This document shows, one piece after another, positions 1 to 8,700 of a stretch of 32,180 bases of DNA. The stretch comes from a virus. Lineage: Duplodnaviria; Caudoviricetes. The DNA is taken from IMG/VR virus record IMGVR_UViG_3300042914_000316, positions 1 to 32,180 of that record. One strand, 5' to 3'. A program made the translations under genes and the position numbers. The stretch's first letter is position 1, and each line of letters starts with the position of its first letter. The notes under the pieces were generated by a model. That model did not search any database. It was not told where the DNA came from and saw nothing but the letters and a program-made list of their open reading frames with translations.

Positions 1-479
1 TGACACGCGACGAAGCGCATCGCCTGTTTGAGTACCGCGACGGTCGGCTACACCATCGCACGGCAAGCCGTGGGCGAAAGATTGGTGATGCAGCAGGGTC
101 GGTTAACGGCACGGGCTATCGTCGCGTAGGTATTGGCGGGAAGTATTACACCGAACACGCATTGGTATTCTTGATGCACCACGGTTACATCCCGTCGGAA
201 ATTGACCACATCAACGGCAACCGTGCGGATAACCGTATTGAGAATTTGCGGGCAGTTACGCGCAGCCAGAACCAGTACAACAAGGGTAAGTGCCGAAACA
301 ATACGTCCGGTCATCGTGGCGTGTCGTGGCACAAGCCTACTGGGAAATGGTCGGTGCGTATCAGTCTAAACAACCGCAACAAGTCGATGGGCTATTACGA
401 TGATTTAGAGTTGGCTGCGTTTATTGCTGAAGAAGCGCGGTTAAAGTATTACGGCGAATATGCAAAGGAATCCAAATGA
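1..479 (+). CDS. HNH homing-type endonuclease with C-terminal AP2-like DNA-binding domain (5' partial or starting at the window edge)
   Basis: The frame is open from position 3 (TRDEAHRLFEYRDGRL...GYRRVGIGGKYY), so it is longer than the ORF-track call. HNH motif IDHINGNRADNRIENLRAVTRSQN is followed by AP2-like NNTSGHRGVSW...W...I...GYYDDLELAA. Confidence 0.9.
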   Translation, partial: TRDEAHRLFEYRDGRLHHRTASRGRKIGDAAGSVNGTGYRRVGIGGKYYTEHALVFLMHHGYIPSEIDHINGNRADNRIENLRAVTRSQNQYNKGKCRNNTSGHRGVSWHKPTGKWSVRISLNNRNKSMGYYDDLELAAFIAEEARLKYYGEYAKESK

Positions 480-748
480 ACACCGGCCTCCTCATCCTCT
501 ATGTCCTGCTGCAAGCCGCTGACGCCTACACGACGCTGACCGTGCTGAAGCAAGGCGGGCGTGAGTTAAACCCCGTGATGGCAAAACTCTTTGCCAAGTT
601 CGACCCGTTGCCTGTGATGGTCAGTGTGAAACTCGTTGGCGTGTGGGCGTTGTGGTACGTCGATATGTGGATGCTCACGCTCGCGGCGTGTGTCGTGTAT
701 GCGTATGTTGTGAATCAAAACTATGGAGTAATGACCCGTGGACGTTGA
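476..748 (+). CDS. Small membrane protein, DUF5658-like
   Basis: D-x-x-TT...G-x-E-x-NP motif (ADAYTT...GGRELNPVM) with three hydrophobic segments; ATGA-type overlap region with the previous gene. Confidence 0.65.
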   Translation: MNTGLLILYVLLQAADAYTTLTVLKQGGRELNPVMAKLFAKFDPLPVMVSVKLVGVWALWYVDMWMLTLAACVVYAYVVNQNYGVMTRGR

Positions 749-887
749 ACTGAAAGTCTCGCTTGAGGAAGCCGTTGCCATCGTGAACCTGTTGGGGTCA
801 CTCCCGACTGCACAAGGCGCACACCCGCTTTGGGCCAAACTCAAGGAACAGGTTGAGCCGCATCTGCCAAAGGAAGAACCGAAATGA
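738..887 (+). CDS. 49-aa hypothetical phage protein (not in ORF track)
   Basis: GGAG at 725-728 and GTG at 738 give MDVELKVSLEEAVAIVNLLGSLPTAQGAHPLWAKLKEQVEPHLPKEEPK. The stop overlaps the next ATG (ATGA 884-887) and the ORF fills the gap exactly. Confidence 0.8.
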   Translation: MDVELKVSLEEAVAIVNLLGSLPTAQGAHPLWAKLKEQVEPHLPKEEPK

Positions 888-1207
888 CCACGATCACTTG
901 GAACATCAGCCAACTGAACTGCTTGCCGCAAGCCCCAGAGGGCGCGGATTACGTCGTCACGGCGCACTGGCAGTGCAACGGCGTGGATGGCAATTACAAC
1001 GGCAGCGTCTATAACACCTGCTCGTTCCCGGTCGTGGAGGGTACGTCCTTCACCCCGTATGCCAATCTCACGCAGGATCAGGTGCTGGGCTGGATTTGGG
1101 CGAGTGGCGTGGACAAAGACGCTACGGAAGCCGCTGTAGAGCAGCAAATCCAGAACCAGATCAACCCGCCGATTGTGACCCCGCCGCTGCCGTGGGCTAC
1201 GCCATGA
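884..1207 (+). CDS. Tail/tail-fibre-associated small protein
   Basis: TWxIxxL...VVTAHW...FTPYANLTQDQVLGWI...I...NPP...LPW pattern, which I recognise from small proteins next to tail-fibre genes in aquatic phages; coupled to both neighbours. Confidence 0.6.
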   Translation: MTTITWNISQLNCLPQAPEGADYVVTAHWQCNGVDGNYNGSVYNTCSFPVVEGTSFTPYANLTQDQVLGWIWASGVDKDATEAAVEQQIQNQINPPIVTPPLPWATP

Positions 1208-1395
1208 CGACCGTGCAGGAACTGGAAGTGACCGTAACGAGCCACATCGACGTCTGTTCGGTGCGTTATGAGGCTATCCATGCGCGTCTGAAGCGGCTGG
1301 AGAAACTTGTAATGACGGTCGGCGGCACGATCATCGTGATTTTGCTAGGTGCGCTGGGAACCATGACCTCTATGCTGGTGGAAGCCATCAAATGA
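1204..1395 (+). CDS. 63-aa coiled-coil plus single-TM protein (XhlA/holin-like)
   Basis: ATG at 1204 overlaps the upstream TGA; HIDVCSVRYEAIHARLKRLE is followed by a hydrophobic C-terminal helix. The ORF-track start at 1096 is probably too long. Confidence 0.65.
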   Translation: MTTVQELEVTVTSHIDVCSVRYEAIHARLKRLEKLVMTVGGTIIVILLGALGTMTSMLVEAIK

Positions 1396-1799
1396 ACGAC
1401 GACATCCAACTGCTCAAGGTACAGATCAAGGCTGAACTTCAGCGGCTTGAGGCCAACAGCAGCGCCAAGGATGTGGCGGGTAAGGCTATCGGAAAACACG
1501 GACTGGCCTATATCACCATCATCGTGGTGATCGGAGTCTTGTCGAGCCTTGCATTGGATAGCGACAAGATTGCAGCCGTGATGGGGTTGTTGGGTGCCTC
1601 ATTGACCGCGCTGATTTCGATGCTGAACGGCATTGCAGGTACGGTCGAAAAGGAAGAAAAGCCAGAGTTTGAAGTCATCAAGAGCCTTATCACCAAGTTG
1701 GACAAACTGGATCGCAAGGAGCAGCCCATGAGGGTTGACGTTGAAGGCGACCATGTGACCGTGACCAAGGGCGATGATGTTGTGAGGGCAAGCAAATGA
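1392..1799 (+). CDS. Two-TM membrane protein in lysis region
   Basis: Two hydrophobic helices (LAYITIIVVIGVLSSLAL; IAAVMGLLGASLTALISML), charged termini and ATGA overlaps at both ends. Confidence 0.7.
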   Translation: MNDDIQLLKVQIKAELQRLEANSSAKDVAGKAIGKHGLAYITIIVVIGVLSSLALDSDKIAAVMGLLGASLTALISMLNGIAGTVEKEEKPEFEVIKSLITKLDKLDRKEQPMRVDVEGDHVTVTKGDDVVRASK

Positions 1800-2281
1800 T
1801 GACGATGATTAGTACTTTCCTGTCATTCCTTGCGGGTGGCCTGCCAAAAATTCTGTCTATCTTCCAAGACCGGCAAGACAAGAAGCACGAACTGGCCCTT
1901 GTCGTAGCGCAGCGTGAGCGTGAACTAGCCCTTGCTGAACGTGGCTTTATTGCACAGGCGCGAGTCGAGGAAATCAAACTGGAGCAAATCCAGACGCAGA
2001 CGGCGGGTGAAGAACGCCAAGCCTTGTACCAGCACGACATTGAGATCGGCAAGGGTGCGAGTCAGTGGATGATTAACCTGCGGGCCAGTGTGCGCCCGGT
2101 TGTGACGTACATTTTTGTGTTGGAACTTGTCGCGCTGAACGTGGCTGGCGTGTGGTACGCCTACACAACTGGTATCCCGTTTGCGATTGCGATGGAGAAT
2201 GTTTTCTCAGATGACGAGATGCTGATCCTGTCTTCAATTATTGCGTTTTGGTTCGGTACGCAGGCGTTTGGCAAAAAGTGA
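1796..2281 (+). CDS. Putative holin (3TM gene-transfer-agent holin-like family)
   Basis: N-terminal amphipathic segment, coiled coil, LRASVRPVVTY motif and C-terminal IIAFWFG; immediately upstream of the endolysin. Confidence 0.7.
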   Translation: MMTMISTFLSFLAGGLPKILSIFQDRQDKKHELALVVAQRERELALAERGFIAQARVEEIKLEQIQTQTAGEERQALYQHDIEIGKGASQWMINLRASVRPVVTYIFVLELVALNVAGVWYAYTTGIPFAIAMENVFSDDEMLILSSIIAFWFGTQAFGKK

Positions 2282-2766
2282 AAGTCTCCGCCGCTGCCAT
2301 ACAGATGATTAAACACCACGAGGGCGTTCGGACTAAGCCTTATCGCTGTCCGGCGCTGCTCTGGACTGTGGGCGTCGGCCATGTCATTGACCCATCGCAT
2401 ACGGCGGTGAAATATGAGGAACGCAAGAGTCTACCGATACCCGCAGGCTGGGATCGCGTCCTCTCTATGGGAGAGGTTGATTCTATTCTGGCTCAAGATC
2501 TTGGCCGGTTTGAGCGTGGTGTACTTAGACTTTGCCCTGCTGCTATTGATCGTCAGGGAGTCTTCGATAGTCTCGTCTCTTTTTCCTTCAACGTGGGCCT
2601 TGGAAATCTGCAACGCTCTGGGTTGCGGATGAAGACCAACCGGGGCGACTTTGACGAGGCCGCAGACGAGTTCCTCAAATGGACAAAGGCGGCAGGTCGG
2701 GTGCTGCCGGGACTGGTCAAACGTCGCAAAGACGAACAGGCGTTGTATCTATCGGGAGTTGCGTAA
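2278..2766 (+). CDS. Endolysin, GH24 phage lysozyme
   Basis: HEGVRTKPYRCPALLWTVGVGH gives the E-x8-C-x5-T triad; also FDSLVSFSFNVG, KWTKAAGRVLPGLVKRRKDE. Likely start is GTG 2278 (GTGA overlap). Confidence 0.95.
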   Translation: MKVSAAAIQMIKHHEGVRTKPYRCPALLWTVGVGHVIDPSHTAVKYEERKSLPIPAGWDRVLSMGEVDSILAQDLGRFERGVLRLCPAAIDRQGVFDSLVSFSFNVGLGNLQRSGLRMKTNRGDFDEAADEFLKWTKAAGRVLPGLVKRRKDEQALYLSGVA

Positions 2767-5057
2767 TGCCGCTTCAAAAAGTTGAACTGCGCCCCGGCGT
2801 TAACCGTGAATCAACTTCGTATGCCAATGAGGGCGGCTTCTTCGCAGGCGACAAGATCCGATTCCGTTCTGGCTACGCTGAAAAGATAGGTGGCTGGCAG
2901 AACATCAATGTCAATGGCAGCACGTTCAAGGGCGTCTGCCGTATGTTGTGGAATTGGATCAGCACGCTTGGTCAGAACCTCGTCGGTCTGGGGACAAGTC
3001 AAAAGGTCTACATTGAGCAAGGCGGCACTTACCATGACATCACCCCGCTTGGTAACTCGCTAACCCTTTCGCAGAACCCGTTCTCAACAACGTCGGGTAG
3101 CCGTCTCGTCACCGTTACAGCCACGGCACACCTGTCTTCTATTGGCACCTACGTCAACTTTTCTGGAGCCACTGCGGTGGCTAGCCTAACGTTGGACGGT
3201 CAGTACGAAATTCAAGCCGTTCCAAATGCCAATACGTTCACCATCTATGCTTCTGCTACGGCAAGTTCCACGACAACGGGTGGTGGTTCGCTAGTCATTG
3301 CACAGTTCGACATTGATGCAGGCAACGCGGTGTATAGCGCGGGTGTCGGCTGGGGTGGCCCGCCGTGGGGGTCAGGTGGCTGGGGTTCCTCCACAGGTGC
3401 TGGTGTAGAGATGCGCCTCTGGTCGATGTTCAACTACGGCGATGATTTGATCTTCGCTGAGCGTGGTGGCGAGATTTACTTCTGGACGATAGACACGAAT
3501 ACGTGGGCACGTGCAGTTACGCTTGAAGAAAAAGCCAACACAGTTAATAAAGGCTTGACCCTTGGCACGTTTGCTTCGGGTGTAACAACGATTCTATTTG
3601 ACGACACGACTGGACTTGATACGGGCGCGGTGCTATCGGGTAGCGGCATCGTCACCGGCACCTACGTCACAGAAGCGTGGGACTTCAGCAACTCGGTCAC
3701 GATCTCACAGGCGACGAACGCCTCGGCTACGCTTTCGGACATATCTTTTAGTTACGCCGGTCGGCACGTGCCGAATGAAATCAACGTTATCATTGACTCG
3801 CCGGTTAATGACTTCATCATATCTTGCGGTTCTACCCCATACGATCCGACTAGTTTTGCTACAACGTTTGACCCACTTCTCGTGCGCTGGTCTGATCAAG
3901 GTACACCGTACGAATGGGTTCCTGCAGTGACTAACCAGTCAGGTGAGCAGCGTTTGTCGAGTGGTTCGTTCATTGTCACAGCCAGCAATACCCGTCAGGA
4001 AATTTTAATTTGGACGGACACAGCCCTCTTCTCCATGCAATACGTCGGGCCTCCGTTCGTGTGGTCGTTCACGCTGCTGGATCAAGACATCACTATTGCA
4101 TCGCAGAACTCAGTGCTTACCGTGAACAACGTGGTCTACTGGATGGGCCGCGACAAGTTCTTCATGTATTCGGGGCGCGTTGAGACGCTGCCTTGCACCC
4201 TTCGTCAGTTTGTCTATAACGACATTAACTATGACCAGTTAAGTCAGGTAACGGCGGGTGCTAACGAAGGCTATAACGAGATCTGGTGGTTCTATCCTTC
4301 TGCTAACAGCACCATCAATGATCGATATGTCGTTTATAACTACCTTGAACGGATCTGGTACTACGGAAATTTGAACCGTACGTTCTGGGTACAGCACACG
4401 CAAAGGACGTACCCTTTTGCCACGTTCAACGTGCAGCAGGCGTATCTCGCTACGAGCATCAACTCATCTGTAACAACAATTGCTCTGACCGACGCTTCGA
4501 CCTTCCCGATGACTGGGACAATTACGGTGGACTCGGAGAAGATTTCCTACGCCGCCAAAGACGGTAATACCCTGACGGGTTGTGTTCGTGGGTATGACGG
4601 CACGACGGCAGCATCGCATGATCTTTATGCTTACGTGACCTATAACGTCGCTAACCAGATCATGCTGCACGAGGTGGGTAACGATGATCAGTCGGTCAGC
4701 CCTGCCCTGCCAATTGAGGCATACGTAGAGTCGTCTGATTTTGACATCCAAGACGGGCAGAGTTTTGGTTACGTCTGGCGCATCATCCCTGACCTCAACT
4801 TCACTGGGTCTACGGGTACAAGCCCGACTGTGACCCTCACGGTACGCCCCCGCCAGAACTCAGGTTCTAACTACACGAGCGCAGACAGCCCGACTGTAAC
4901 GCGCACTTCGACGGTGCCGATCCAACAGTACACGGGTCAGGTCTACACGCGAGTGCGCGGTCGTCAGATGGCATTCAAAGTGTCTTCGGCTGATCTAGGC
5001 GTGGCGTGGCAGATGGGTGTTATGCGTATCGACGTTCGTCCTGACGGGAGACGCTGA
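2766..5057 (+). CDS. Tail nozzle / packaged-DNA stabilisation protein (P22 gp10 or tail tubular B-like) with inserted beta modules
   Basis: The start at 2766 (TAATG overlap) gives MPLQKVELRPGVNRESTSY...IRFRSGYAEKIGGW. Beta-propeller-like segments (LVRWSDQ, ILIWTD, VYWMG, EIWWFYPS, YVVYNY) and C-terminal RVRGRQ...RIDVRPDGRR; placed just before the ejection genes. Confidence 0.75.
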   Translation: MPLQKVELRPGVNRESTSYANEGGFFAGDKIRFRSGYAEKIGGWQNINVNGSTFKGVCRMLWNWISTLGQNLVGLGTSQKVYIEQGGTYHDITPLGNSLTLSQNPFSTTSGSRLVTVTATAHLSSIGTYVNFSGATAVASLTLDGQYEIQAVPNANTFTIYASATASSTTTGGGSLVIAQFDIDAGNAVYSAGVGWGGPPWGSGGWGSSTGAGVEMRLWSMFNYGDDLIFAERGGEIYFWTIDTNTWARAVTLEEKANTVNKGLTLGTFASGVTTILFDDTTGLDTGAVLSGSGIVTGTYVTEAWDFSNSVTISQATNASATLSDISFSYAGRHVPNEINVIIDSPVNDFIISCGSTPYDPTSFATTFDPLLVRWSDQGTPYEWVPAVTNQSGEQRLSSGSFIVTASNTRQEILIWTDTALFSMQYVGPPFVWSFTLLDQDITIASQNSVLTVNNVVYWMGRDKFFMYSGRVETLPCTLRQFVYNDINYDQLSQVTAGANEGYNEIWWFYPSANSTINDRYVVYNYLERIWYYGNLNRTFWVQHTQRTYPFATFNVQQAYLATSINSSVTTIALTDASTFPMTGTITVDSEKISYAAKDGNTLTGCVRGYDGTTAASHDLYAYVTYNVANQIMLHEVGNDDQSVSPALPIEAYVESSDFDIQDGQSFGYVWRIIPDLNFTGSTGTSPTVTLTVRPRQNSGSNYTSADSPTVTRTSTVPIQQYTGQVYTRVRGRQMAFKVSSADLGVAWQMGVMRIDVRPDGRR

Positions 5058-5671
5058 TGGCTGCTCCGCGTGGTGTCGTACCCCCGAATCTTCCTGTTGC
5101 GCCGGGGCAGTATGATGCACGGTACCAAAATCAATTTTCTAACGTACTGCGATTATTTTTTAATCGGCTTACTAATTACATAAACGCGCCTACCGCCCAT
5201 GCTTCGTATTTTGATACAACGACACAGCCAAATCCTGTAGCCAATGCCGTTAATCTTTTTACGTACAACTCCGTAGTTTCTGATTATGAAGTTACACGTG
5301 GTAATCCGACTTCCAAGATCTACGTCACTAACACCGGGGTCTACAACTTCCAGTTCTCGGCTCAATTGGACAAGACCGGCGGTAGTGCTAGTGCCGTTTA
5401 TATATGGCCTAGGGTCAACGGGGTAAACCTGCCAGACTCAGCGACCAAGATTGTGATCGACGGCCCAAACAACGAGATCGTGGCGGCGTGGAACTTTGTA
5501 TTGGTTCTACAAGCAAACGACTACTTTCAGTTGGCTTGGCAGTCCTCAGATACGAACGTAGTTATTCCTTACGTAACAGCAAGCGGCAATATCCCTGCTA
5601 TCCCATCCATCATCTTGACGGTGAACTGGGTGTCGAACTACGGCGCGGCTATTTACCAACCGGCTACATGA
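5057..5671 (+). CDS. Structural protein with C1q/TNF-like jelly-roll C-terminus (possible tail needle or spike)
   Basis: N-terminal LPVAP.QYD.RYQNQF..VLRLFFNRL helix, then a beta-rich domain with TGVYNFQFSAQL and LQANDYFQLAW. Confidence 0.55.
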   Translation: MAAPRGVVPPNLPVAPGQYDARYQNQFSNVLRLFFNRLTNYINAPTAHASYFDTTTQPNPVANAVNLFTYNSVVSDYEVTRGNPTSKIYVTNTGVYNFQFSAQLDKTGGSASAVYIWPRVNGVNLPDSATKIVIDGPNNEIVAAWNFVLVLQANDYFQLAWQSSDTNVVIPYVTASGNIPAIPSIILTVNWVSNYGAAIYQPAT

Positions 5672-5706
5672 TAGTATTTAAAAACTTGATCCCGTGAGGG
5701 TGTTTT

Positions 5707-8700
5707 ATGAATGACGAATTAAAAGGTTTAGCAGCACTTCTTGCTTCGCAAGGTCGTGGCCCTGACAGCACCCTTGTGCATATGACGCCTGATGAAGTTA
5801 ATAGTCTTCAAGAATTTGCGCGTTCGCAAGGGATGGAGTTGACAGTTAATCCTGAAACAGGTTTGCCTGAAGCAGGCATTCTGGATTCAATCTTAAAAAT
5901 ATTAACTCCTGTAGGAAAAGCCCTAAGCACAGCAGGCAGAGCGGCTGTTAGTAATCCGCAACTTACGGGGCTTTTAGCGGGCACTGCCTACGGCGCTATC
6001 AAAGGCGATCTGAAAAAAGGTCTTGAAGCAGGCATTAAAGCCTACGCAGGTTCAGCGTTGCTTGGCGAGATTATGCCCCCAAGTGGCGCTCCTCAAGGCG
6101 GTGTTCGCAAGCCCGGTCTGACTGATAAAGCGCTAAAGAGCAAAGGCTATAGCGACGAAGACATTGAGGGTATGAGAGCCGTGCAAGGCGGGTTTCGTAT
6201 GCCTACTACGGTAACGCAGCAACCCCAAGGGTTTATGCAGCAGGTCGGCAACATATTCGCCCCACAGCCCGGCACGCAGGCTAACCCGCTGCTGCAGATG
6301 TTGACTGCGTATGGGATCAATAAACTTGAGCAGAAGTACGGCGGCGCTCGACAGGCTATACCGCCGTCGTCTCCCATGCAGTATCGGGATATCGAGTTTT
6401 CACGTGGGCAGGTCAACCCCCGCTTCGGTGAACCGGGGCAGCCGTATTGGATCGGTGGTGGCTATGTGGATAAGGGGTATACGACTCAGTATCCGGGGTA
6501 TACAGGGAATCCTCAATTAGGGCAGCCGCCGCAACAGCAGGCTCAGCAACAGCAGCAGCCTCCGCCTACTCCACCTCCTAGACCACCACCTAGGCGCAGA
6601 GGCCCGCTTGATGACTATGACGAAAGTGAGGACTTTTACACTCGCTTAGGCATGGCTGGTGGTGGAGTAATTCCGCCGCCAAATCTTGAATTCCCGCTGG
6701 CGCGTGCGCCGGGCAATGGGTATGAAGTTCCTGTTGACATGTATACAGGAGAGGAGCAGTTCGCTGAAGGCGGCGTAACTGACACTAAATCTCAAGAAGA
6801 AACTGAAGAAGAAAGGAGGCGGAAGTATTTCGAGAATCTCCGCCCTTTCGCACCCGCCCTGACTGATTGGTACCGCACTGGCGCTTCGGGCGCTGGGTCA
6901 GATCAGGGCGTGACTTCTTTAGTTCGTGATCCGGTTACTAGACTGCCCCAACCGGAACCTAGAACAGTTCGTACTTTGCCGGGGCAGTTGCAACCTTACG
7001 ATGAACCGCTAGCAGAGTGGTATCGATCACTTTTGACGCCACCGGAGCCAGTAACACGAAAGGTAGATTTATCTACTAAAACTCCTGAGTATGTTAGGCA
7101 GCCGGTTAAGTGGGGAGAATTTGTTAAGTATGAAGAACCCCCACCCCCACCCCCGCCTCCACCCCCTCCACCCCCGCCGCCTCCTAAAGAGTGTGGCGTA
7201 GGCTTTATTTATGACGTAAAACGAGAAGTGCTTGGACTCGATCCTTGCGTCAATAAATGTTTACCTGATGAAAAGTATGATCCGGTAGGAGACCGCTGCA
7301 TTGGCCCCGGTACGGGGGGTGGTGGCGACGGCGGTGGCGAAGGCGGTGGTGGCCCCGGTGGTGGATCTGGTGGCTCGGGCGGTGGTGATGGCGGTGGGGA
7401 AAAGCCTCCGGTTGAAGAGAAGCCTCCCGTTGAGGAAAAGCCTCCGGTTGAAGAGAAGCCTCCGGTTGAAGAGAAGCCTCCCGTTGAGGAAAAGCCTCCG
7501 GTTGAAGAGAAGCCTCCGGTTGAAGAGAAGCCTCCGGTTGAAGAGAAGCCTCCGGTTGAAGAGAAGCCTCCGGTTGAAGAGAAGCCTCCCGTTGAGGAAA
7601 AGCCTCCCGTTGAGGAAAAGCCTCCCGTTGAGGAAAAGCCTCCGGTTGAAGAGAAGCCTCCCGTTGAGGAAAAGCCTCCGGTTGAGGAAAAGCCTCCCGT
7701 TGAGGAAAAGCCTCCGGTTGAAGAGAAGCCTCCCGTTGAGGAAAAGCCTCCCGTTGAGGAAAAGCCTCCCGTTGAGGAAAAGCCTCCCGTTGAGGAAAAG
7801 CCTCCGGTTGAGGAAAAGCCTCCGGTTGAGGAAAAGCCTCCGGTTGAGGAAAAGCCTCCGGTTGAGGAAAAGCCTCCCGTTGAGGAAAAGCCTCCGGTTG
7901 AAGAGAAGCCTCCGGTTGATAAACCGCCGCCCCCACCGCCTCCGCCGCCCCCACCGCCTCCGCCTGTTACGGATTGCGAGAAAAAGTTTGGCCCCGGCTA
8001 CGTATGGGATCCTGATGTAGGTGCCTGCCGGTTTAACGGTAAATCTGACGCGGATTGCCAAGCGACGTACGGCAACGATTACGAATACGATCCGTCTGGT
8101 GATGGTGGTCTTGGTGCCTGCCGTAAAAAAACAGCGCCTCCTCCGCCTCCGCCCCCGCCTCCGCCCCCGCCTCCGCCCCCTCCGCCTCCTCCGCCACCTC
8201 CAACATTTAAAGTATGTTGGGATGGGTCTATTGCCTATGAGGGAGAGTCTTGCCCTCCGGAGCCAGAGACTAAACCGCCTCCGCCCCCTCCGCCGCCTCC
8301 GCCTCCGCCTCCGCCCCCGCCCCCGCCAAAAGAACCCGATAAGCCGCCGGGTGGTGGTGGCCCCGAAGATACTGGTACGCCTAGTCAACCAGACCGACCC
8401 GGCAAACCTAGCGAGCCTGTCAAAGAAACAAAGTGCGCCCCGCATGAGGTAAGTTTTCAGGGCGAATGCTTCCAAGTCTGTAAACCGGGCGAGACTTACG
8501 ATCCCGACAGAGCCACGGCGGGACTTAACCCGTGCGTGCCTTCAAAGGACGAGTCCAAGACTTGCGGCGAGGGCGAGCGGTACGATACGTCTCTGGAAGG
8601 TCTGCCGGGCGTCAACCCCTGCGTACCGGATGACGGATGCGGGTCAGGTCAAGAGCGCAGCCCGGTTGACGATAAGTGCTATAAGCGTGGAGAAGGCCCT

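Noticed and set aside
566-1147. 193-aa reverse-strand ORF and other antisense ORFs under the late genes
   Set aside because: They lie opposite well-supported, translationally coupled + strand genes and show no recognisable motifs.
2248-2765. ORF-track starts at 2248 (endolysin, possible SAR extension) and 2679 (nozzle)
   Set aside because: The extensions lie inside upstream genes and are not hydrophobic. The GTGA (2278) and TAATG (2766) overlaps give more natural starts.
7399-7920. CRISPR array
   Set aside because: The units are head-to-tail with no unique spacers, lie in frame within a CDS and vary only synonymously; there is no cas operon.
7138-8328. Functional G-quadruplexes on the - strand
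   Set aside because: The G runs are an unavoidable by-product of Pro codons; there is no independent evidence.
7250-8475. Long alternative-frame ORFs (404-aa Arg-rich, 234-aa, 239-aa, 143-aa)
   Set aside because: They are shadows of the stop-poor repeat and CCN tracts. Unit variants change their residues but not those of the main frame.
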